From assembly GCA_000388065.2 (NCBI GenBank), contig KB932211.1: a stretch of 7,029 nucleotides of DNA; one strand, 5' to 3'. Every line of letters begins with the position of its first letter. Position 1 is the stretch's first letter. This DNA comes from Fonticula alba ATCC 38817 (lineage: Eukaryota; Protista; Nucleariida). Under the pieces are notes generated by a model, which saw nothing but the letters and a program-made list of their open reading frames with translations, searched no databases and was not told the origin of the DNA. Position numbers and translations under genes: made by a program. This document shows, piece by piece, positions 1 to 6,338 of this stretch.

Positions 1-421
1 CGCCGTCGCCATGGTCGCCCTGCTGGCGGTCATCCACGAATTCTCCTCCTCGCGGGCCACGGCCGCCGGCTTCACCTTCGAGTACCACTACCGGTGCCGG
101 AAGGCCTTCGAGCGGGCCGACCTCTACAAGGTGTTCATCATCGCCATGGACCGGCTGCAGAAGCTCAGCCTCCTGGGTCCCGGGGCGTGCGTCGCCACGC
201 CGGAGCTCCAGTCGACCATGAGCAGCTCCCTTCACATCGCCGAGGCCATCCTCTCGTGGGACTTCTCGGTCATCAGCGCCGGCAGCATGCGCTTTGTTGT
301 GCGCAGCGAGGAGTCCGGCGAGGGCGCCCTGGCGCGTGACGCCAACGCCTCTTTCCAGCCGCCGGTCGAGTGGCAGGGGGTCCTGGCCGACCCGTCGGCC
401 TCGGTGGACCTCTTCTTCCGC
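1..421 (+). CDS. XPO4: XPO4 first visible exon (continues upstream of window)
   Basis: Frame open from base 2 (AVAMVALL...DLFFR); followed by donor GTGCGT at 422, phase 0. Intron 422..551 (130 nt). Confidence 0.9.
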
Positions 422-3400
422 GTGCGTGCTTGCGGAGTCTCCCGGCTGCCTGGCCCTCTTTCTTCCTTCTCCTCCCCAAGTGCATGGTGCTGATGCCGCT
501 CCGTCCGTGTCTCCCCGCCCCCCCCCCCCCCCTGCTGGCGATCGCGTGCAGCTTTACGCCATGACCCTCAGCTACGGCGATACCATCGGTCACTCGATCC
601 GCCAGTGCTTGATCCTGCTGGCCGGCCTGTCGGGGCCGGTGTTCACCAACTGCCCGGCCGACGCCCTGGCCACCTATGTCAACCGCTTCCTTCACAACAT
701 CATCCAAATCATCGACAAGTATGTGTCCCTCTCCGCCGCCGCCCCTCCACCCGTTGGACATATCCTGCGCACGCTTGCCGGCGCCCCGCCCCGGTCCACG
801 ACGCTAACACCATCGGCCGCCGCGACGAACCACCAACCGCCCCCCAACCGCACCGGCTGCGACAACACACAGCCTCCAGTACGCCTCCGAGACCGGCGCC
901 GAAGTCCTGGCCACCTCGCAGATGGCCCGCCGGCTGGTGATGGTCCATCCCATGCGGGACATCGCGCCGGTGCTGGAGCAGGGCGGCCTCCTGCCTCGCC
1001 TGGGCAAGTTCACGCTCGACTGCCTGGCACAGGTGTCCAGCGACGAGGTGGGCACCTGGTGCTCGGAGGCCCTGGACGAACTGCTGGCCATGTGGTCGAG
1101 CCTGCGTGCGTGCCCCTCCCCCTCCGGGGGCCCGGCCACGCTGGCGCCATCCCGGCCTGGCAAACCCTCTCTGCCCCCACTGACCGATGCTCCTCCTGGC
1201 TTTCTCGCTCCGTTCGCCCATGCGCTCGTCCTCCCCTCCTCCTGGTCCTCCCGTCCCGTGGCGGCGCCTTCCCCCTCCCGGTCGGGCCACTGCCCTCAGT
1301 GTCCAGCGCGCGGGACGCCTTCGAGCGGCAGCGCCTCACGGCTGGCAGCGGGGTGCAGCTCAGCGACACCCTGGTGTCCGCCCTGTCGGAGTCGGCGGCC
1401 ACCATCTTCCGGAGCTATGCCGAGCGCCATGTCAACCGGTCGCCGCAGGAGGCCGTCGAGGATGCGGACCCCTTCGAGGATGACCAGTCGATGTTCGAGT
1501 CGCAGCTGAAGGATGTGGCCTTCCTGGGCCGGTGCTCGGTGGACTCCTTCCGGCTGATGCACCAGCTGGCGGACACCTTCGCCGGGCAGCTGGCCGAGGC
1601 GGCGGCCACCCCCGGCGGGGCGGCCAGCCGGCCGGCCAGCTGGTGGGAGGGCCTCAATGAGGCGGTGCACTGGCTGTTCCTGCTGGCCACGCACCTGCTG
1701 GCCGACGTGGTCAAGGGCGAGCAGCCCCAGATCCCGGCCATGGTCATCCAGATCAGTGCCCGGGCCGCGGCCGAAGGGGCCACCCCGGAGGGGGACCCCA
1801 TCGTGCAGCTGGTCAATGCCCTGATCCGCCTGGCGGACCTGGCCGTCGCCGGGCCGGGCAGCCCGCTTGGGCCCTTCTGCAGTCCGCTGGTGTCGGACAC
1901 GGTCCTCTGGTTCTTCGAGCACTGGCTCCAGAGCTACCTCTACTACAACCCGCGGGACTATGGCAAGGTGATGAGGTGCGCACTGGCGTCGGCTCTTGCC
2001 AGTCTCCTTCTCCCTGCTTTTTTTCGTCTCTCCTTCATCTCGTGTCTCCTTCATCTCATGTCTCCTTCATCTCGTCTCTCCTTCATCTCGTCTCTCCTTC
2101 ATCTCGTCTCTCCTTCATCTCGTCTCTCCTTCATCTCGTGTCTCCTTCATCTCGTCTCTCCTCCATCTCGCCTCCCTTTCTCTTCATCCCTCCCTCTCTT
2201 CATTCCTCCCTCTCTTCATCACTCTCTCTCCTCACCTTGTCACCCTACTCTCCCACACACGTGGATCCCGCCGGCTGTCGGTGCATGGCAAATGATGACC
2301 CCCTGCTGCCCAATGGGCGGGCTATTTGGGTGCTCAGCCGGACGCTGGCCGACTCGTACAGTCGGAATTCCCCGGCCCCGGGGGCCGTGCTGGACTTCGT
2401 CCTGGGCAAGTGCCACGACGCCCTGCAGCTGTGGTTCTCCGAGGCGGACTCCGTCAACCAGGTGGCCGCGGTGTTCTTGGTGATTGCCGGCAACCGGGCC
2501 ATGCGCGAGAGCATCTTCGGGCTGCCCCGCTGGCAGGCCCTGTGGCCGCAGCTGATGCAGTCCATCGAGCGTCTGCCCTCCGACGCCCAGTCGCGCTTCA
2601 TCGAGTCCCTGTGCAACCTGAGCGTCGTGCACTACATGGACGCGCCGTATTACAAGGAGCTGCTGACGTTCACCGAGGTGCGTGGCGGCCGGCCCTCCAA
2701 GCGGGTGCCGGGGGCTGCCCTTTCCCCCCCCCCCCCTCCCCCCCCTTTTTCCGGCTGACCCTGGGAGCCTTGCCGCGCCACAGGCGCCCCTCCTCCCGCG
2801 ACCGCGCATTCCACCCGCCATGGCATTAACGCTCCCCCCCCCCCTTTCCCCTCGCCCGACACACAACAAACAACGGTGACGCACTCGCATGCGGCGCCCT
2901 GCCACCACCACCACCACCACCACTGCCACTGCTGCCCCCAACGGCTCAGGCTCGCCTCCACGACACCATGCGCAATCCGACGCACACCGGCCTGGCCCTC
3001 AGCACGCTGGACATCCTGCGCGGCGTGGCCATGTCCAAGAGCTCGGCCGACGGGCAATCGGTGTTCGCCCTGTGCTCCGGGCACTTCGGCAACCTGATCA
3101 CCCTGCTGACCGGGCAGCATGACATGCCGGGGATCGTGCAGCAGGTGCTCCTGGTGTTCGACGCCTTTGTCGAGCACCAGATCGCCTACCTGGAGGGGGA
3201 CCAGCTGCAGACCACCTGCCAGGCGCTGGTGGCCCTGCTGCGCGCCTTCGCCGAGATCCGCATGAAAACCCGCCGGAGCAATGCCCACGACGCGGATGAG
3301 GACCGGTCCTACGAGATCGTCACCCTGCTTCGGACGCTGGCCAACCTGCAGACGCGCGACTTCTCCGACTTTAGCACCGGTACGCCGGGCCGCGTGGCCC

Positions 3401-4463
3401 CCCCCCCCCTCCCCCTCTTCTCCCCGATGGCTTTGACGCTGACTCCGCCGGATTGGTCGTCTCCTTGGCCCCGGCCTGGGCCCGCCGCCAGGTGGCTCGG
3501 ACGCCACCAACGACCCGAACCACCTGTCCGTGTCGTCGGTCATCTACATCGGCCTGGAGCTGCTGCTGCCGCTCATCAGCGAGGCCATGCTCCAGTATCC
3601 CAACCTGTCGGAGCAGTTCTTCACCCTGGTTTCCTTCATGTTCGAGACGTACACCGACAAGCTGGTGTGCCTGTCGCCGGAGCTCTTCCGTGCGCTGATC
3701 GGCACCCTGGACTTCGGCCTGAAGTCGTGCGTTGCTGCCCCCCCCCCTCGCCCCCCTCGCTCCTGCTCGCTGCCTCGGCTGGGCCCCTGCCCCCTCTGCC
3801 CCGGGCCACATCTGCGCCCCTCCGGCACTCACCGGCCCATCCCCCGCGCTCTGTGCATGCGCACGCACAGCTTCGTTGATGAAAATGTCCGCCTCGCTCT
3901 GGCAGCCATCTACGGCATGGCCAGCTTCCTGTTCAATGCGCGGGAGGTGGCCCAGGCCAGTCCGGAGCACGGCCCAGAGGTCCAGGCCCAGCTGGCCCTG
4001 CTCGGGCCCATCGTGGACACTCTGCTGCTGGAGCAGCTCAATCGCCTGGTCTTCGGCAACCACGTCGGCTCGACTTCCCTGATGGAGAACGCCTCGGAGA
4101 CGCTCTTTGTGTCGATCTGCTCGCAGCAGGTGCGCTTCGCCCTCTTCCTCCCCCTGCCCCTGCCTTTGCTTTTTTTCCCCCCCTCGCGTGTGGCCCTGCC
4201 CTCGCCGCTGCCCTAACCCACGGCGCCTCCGCTGCCCACAACACCAACAGGCCTCCCTCAACCAGGTGTTCAGCCAGTTCGTGTCCCGGTACAACGACAA
4301 CCCCAAGATTCGGGACCGGCTGTCGGAGGAGCTCGTGCAGCTGGTCCGCGGCTCTGGCCCCCAGCCGCTGACCCTCATCCCCAACCGACTGAACACCACG
4401 GCCTTCCGCGCCAACCTCGAGGCCTTCCTCATCCACACGCGCGGCTTCCTGCGCGTGATGTAA
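1..4463 (+). CDS. XPO4: Exportin-4 (importin-beta/karyopherin family), 9 exons visible, 5'-partial: join(<1..421,552..718,873..1105,1300..1975,2338..2677,2950..3379,3492..3726,3871..4129,4251..4463)
   Basis: The spliced frame (2973 nt from base 2, 990 aa + TAA) is stop-free and all 8 intron phases match. Motifs match human XPO4 as recalled, in colinear order: HEFSSS..GFTFEYHYRCRKAFE (EFSSSS..GLSMEFHGNCKRVFQ), ILSWDF (VLSWNF), EDDQSMFESQLKDVAFLGR (EDDRDQFSDQLASVGMLGR), HWLFLLATHLLADVVKGEQPQIP (HWLILVTGYLLADDTQGETPLIP), LWFFEHWLQSYL (VWFLKRWAKTYL), LANLQTRDFSDFS (LTNLLSKEFIDFS), LLLPLISEAMLQYPNL (LILPLMSQDLLKFPTL). Roughly the first 170 aa lie upstream of the window, so ATG 11 is probably an internal Met. 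Confidence 0.93.
552..718 (+). CDS. XPO4: XPO4 exon 2 (visible numbering)
   Basis: Acceptor tgCAG at 551; LYAMTLSYGDTIGHSIRQCLILLAGLSGPVF; donor GTATGT at 719, phase 2. Intron 719..872 (154 nt), CTAAC at 804-808. Confidence 0.9.
873..1105 (+). CDS. XPO4: XPO4 exon 3
   Basis: Acceptor caCAG at 872 (phase 2, AA+C = Asn); ends EALDELLAMWSSL; donor GTGCGT at 1106, phase 1. Intron 1106..1299 (194 nt). Confidence 0.88.
1300..1975 (+). CDS. XPO4: XPO4 exon 4
   Basis: Acceptor ctCAG at 1299 (phase 1); contains the EDD..LGR and HWL..LLAD..GE.P.IP motifs; donor GTGCGC at 1976, phase 2. Intron 1976..2337 (362 nt). Confidence 0.9.
2025..2220 (+). repeat. 16-nt pyrimidine-rich minisatellite in XPO4 intron 4
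   Basis: Nine tandem copies of CGTCTCTCCTTCATCT (variants CGTGT-, CATGT-, -CTCCATCT) at 2025-2168, then about three copies of a related CCTCCCTCTCTTCATY unit at 2171-2220. Confidence 0.97.
2338..2677 (+). CDS. XPO4: XPO4 exon 5
   Basis: First AG after the repeat (ctCAG, 2337) is phase 2; RTLADSYSRNSPAPGAVLDFVLGKCHDALQLWFSE aligns with recalled human LPFSTAFGADTEGSQWIIGYLLQKVISNLSVWSSE; donor GTGCGT at 2678, phase 0. Intron 2678..2949 (272 nt). Confidence 0.87.
2903..2923 (+). repeat. (CAC)7 microsatellite in XPO4 intron 5
   Basis: Direct reading of caccaccaccaccaccaccac. Confidence 0.9.
2950..3379 (+). CDS. XPO4: XPO4 exon 6
   Basis: Acceptor ctCAG at 2949 (phase 0); ARLHDTMRN...TRDFSDFST; donor GTACGC at 3380, phase 1. 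Intron 3380..3491 (112 nt). Confidence 0.9.
3492..3726 (+). CDS. XPO4: XPO4 exon 7
   Basis: Acceptor gcCAG at 3491 (phase 1); SVIYIGLELLLPLISEAMLQYPNLSEQFF; donor GTGCGT at 3727, phase 2. Intron 3727..3870 (144 nt). Confidence 0.9.
3871..4129 (+). CDS. XPO4: XPO4 exon 8
   Basis: Acceptor caCAG at 3870 (phase 2); FVDENVRLALAAIY...ASETLFVSICSQQ; donor GTGCGC at 4130, phase 0. Intron 4130..4250 (121 nt), CTAAC at 4213-4217. Confidence 0.88.
4251..4463 (+). CDS. XPO4: XPO4 last exon
   Basis: Acceptor aaCAG at 4250 (phase 0); ends FRANLEAFLIHTRGFLRVM* (TAA 4461-4463), the same position as the recalled human C-terminus FLKSLEEFMANVGGLLCVK*. Confidence 0.92.
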   Translation, partial: ASLNQVFSQFVSRYNDNPKIRDRLSEELVQLVRGSGPQPLTLIPNRLNTTAFRANLEAFLIHTRGFLRVM

Positions 4464-4577
4464 GCACAGCTGCTGGGCCTGTCGGCTCGGATAGGGGGCT
4501 CAACTGCCGCCCGCTGCCGCCCCTCCCCCGCTGTCTCTCTCCCTCCCTCGGGCCACTGTTGCCCACTTTCGTCTCAC

Positions 4578-4607
4578 GAATATAGATCTTCCTCTTTTTC
4601 TTACTTG
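4578..4607. terminator. Candidate bidirectional 3'-end/polyadenylation region (AT-rich island)
   Basis: The most AT-rich patch between the convergent stop codons; AATATA on + (4579-4584) and AAGAAA on - (4602-4597) are variant hexamers; no canonical AATAAA. Confidence 0.3.
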
Positions 4608-4685
4608 GCTGGCAGGGCGACCTCGCGTGCTGGGCATGGCCGCACACGCCAGACGGCGGCGGGGGAGGGGCATCGAGAGGGCACA

Positions 4686-4718
<33 letters not shown>
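4686..4718 (+). repeat. Poly-G homopolymer (G33) between the two stop codons
   Basis: 33 consecutive G by count; exact length may be assembly-dependent. Confidence 0.95.
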
Positions 4719-4719
<1 letters not shown>

Positions 4720-4824
4720 AGTGCGCGCGCGACTGTGCCATGGCCGGAGAATCCAAGCCGGGGCACGATCAGGCAAGGGGCTCCGCCCTCCCCCTCCCCT
4801 CATGCCCCCTCTTCCGCGCCTCTC

Positions 4825-5154
4825 CTACAGCCGGGCCTTCATCCGGCGCTGGCCGGTCTCACGGAAGTGCTCGACCTCGGCAGTGGCCGACTCCAAGCCG
4901 GTCTGCTGGATCATGCTGGCCGCGGCCAAGAGGTTGTGGAATGTCCCGCGAGCCACCCGGTTGTAGGCCACCTGGTCGTGGATGCGCAATTGGCGCGCCT
5001 GGCGCACGTAGTCGCTGGTCTCGTCGAACCCCAGGCCGGCCGGGTACTTGCTGACAAACAGGGCCGTGGCCACGCTGTAGATGAGGAGCCCCGGGGCGGC
5101 TGGCGAGCCGGGCTCCGCAAAGTAGTCCTCCACGCCGGGCGGGTCGTTGGTGAA
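4825..5154 (-). CDS. Thioesterase last exon (last beta-strand plus ~74-aa tail ending RRMKARL*)
   Basis: Acceptor ccCAG at 5155 (phase 0); YSVATALFVS matches the final hotdog strand; TAG at 4827-4825. Confidence 0.88.
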   Translation of the reverse strand, partial: FTNDPPGVEDYFAEPGSPAAPGLLIYSVATALFVSKYPAGLGFDETSDYVRQARQLRIHDQVAYNRVARGTFHNLLAAASMIQQTGLESATAEVEHFRETGQRRMKARL

Positions 5155-6255
5155 CTGGGAAGCGGTGCATGGAGCCCAGAGGGAGCGGGGGGGCGAGGAG
5201 GGGGATGGAGGGGGGGGGGAGGAGGGTGAACGCGGGGGTGAAGGCGCCAAGGCGGGGCCCGGGCGAGAGCCATAGTCAGAAAAGAGCGGCGCCATGCACG
5301 AAAGAGGGCGAGGGAGGGGCAGAAGGGCATTCAGGCCCCGGGGGAGGGGGCCAGGGCATGGCACGGACCCGGCTCTCGATGAACAGCTTGTTGCCGACCT
5401 TGCGGATGATGCGCGCCGAAATGACCACCGTGTGCTCCAGCGGCACGGACCGCCGGTAGTCGATGGACAGGCGCGCCGTCACATAGCCCACCCCGTAGTT
5501 CCGGAAGATCATCGAACCGCAGGTGGCATCGTGAAGGAGGGCAATGGCCCCGCCTGGGCGCGGCGGAGCACGGCACCCCCGGAATCACACAGCCAAGTGG
5601 CGGGGTGTCAGGTGCCCATGGCGCGGGGGACGGAAGGCCAGGAGGATGGGCCGGAAAACGGCCAACGGGCCATGGGCCCGCCGCCTGGGGGGTCGGCCGG
5701 GGGTGGAGACAGAGAAGGAGAGGGAAGGGACGCACCATGCACACAGCCGGTGGGCCCCTCGCACAGGCGCGAGAACCAGCACACCGTGTGCAGCGGCCCG
5801 GTGTCGGTGATGTCCTCCGACGTCTGGCCCTCGGCCAGGGGCTCCAGCTGGACGCTCATCTCCCGGTTCCGAGCCGACTCACATCGCTGGGCGTACTGGG
5901 TGTCGAAGAATTTGGAGAAGGAAAAGCGCTCCTGATCCAGGAAGGTCGTGGCCCCGAGGACGATGGCCTGCCGCTCCAGGTAATACTCCTCCGGCAGGGC
6001 CAGCCCAGGGACCGTGCGCGCGCGGGTTTGCTCCAGGTCCGCTCGCTCGGCCACGGCGCCCTGTGCACACATGCGCCGGCCGCCCGAGAGCGGGACCCGG
6101 GAAAAGGGAGGCGAGGGACGACAAGTCAGGGGCCGGGGGCCAGCAGAAGGCACACATGGAGACTGATGTGCACAGATGTACGGGCGGAGCCACAAATGCC
6201 GAGGCAGCAGCAGCAGCAGCAGCAACAACAACAACGGCAACAACGGCAGCAACAA

Positions 6256-6289
<34 letters not shown>

Positions 6290-6303
6290 AGCAACAACGG
6301 CAA

Positions 6304-6338
<35 letters not shown>

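Noticed and set aside
1968-1973. Alternative donor GTGATG (phase 0) for intron 4
   Set aside because: No phase-0 acceptor is available before exon 5; GTGCGC at 1976 fits the local consensus and the phase-2 acceptor.
2025-2168. 16-nt repeat array as a CRISPR-like array
   Set aside because: Units are directly adjacent with no unique spacers, the context is a eukaryotic intron, and there are no cas genes.
2292-2298. Box C (ATGATGA) suggesting an intronic C/D snoRNA
   Set aside because: No CTGA D box follows within the intron and there is no terminal stem; more plausibly part of the branch region.
2261-2337. Coding extension VDPAGCRCMANDDPLLPNGRAIWVL upstream of exon 5
   Set aside because: No AG acceptor precedes it, it is not needed for the XPO4 alignment, and its third codon positions are more A/T-rich than in real exons.
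294-2483. 729-aa + strand ORF as a single gene
   Set aside because: It threads through out-of-frame parts of exons 1 and 3 and through introns 1-4; only 552-718 and 1300-1975 are true XPO4 coding frame. Its length reflects stop-poor GC/CT-rich DNA.
2876-3097. Short ORF with a His7 tract
   Set aside because: The His run is the intronic (CAC)7 microsatellite; the rest is exon 6 in the wrong frame.
3371-4438. 355-aa minus-strand ORF and the other antisense ORFs over XPO4 (e.g. 1296..2054, 2650..3543)
   Set aside because: Shadow ORFs typical of high-GC3 coding DNA; no recognisable motifs or consistent splice structure.
4461-4827. Stop-codon reassignment (TAA/TAG = Gln, as in some protists) or readthrough
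   Set aside because: There is no in-frame TAA/TAG/TGA in ~1460 spliced codons, and the XPO4 TAA falls at the homologous C-terminus, so the standard code fits.
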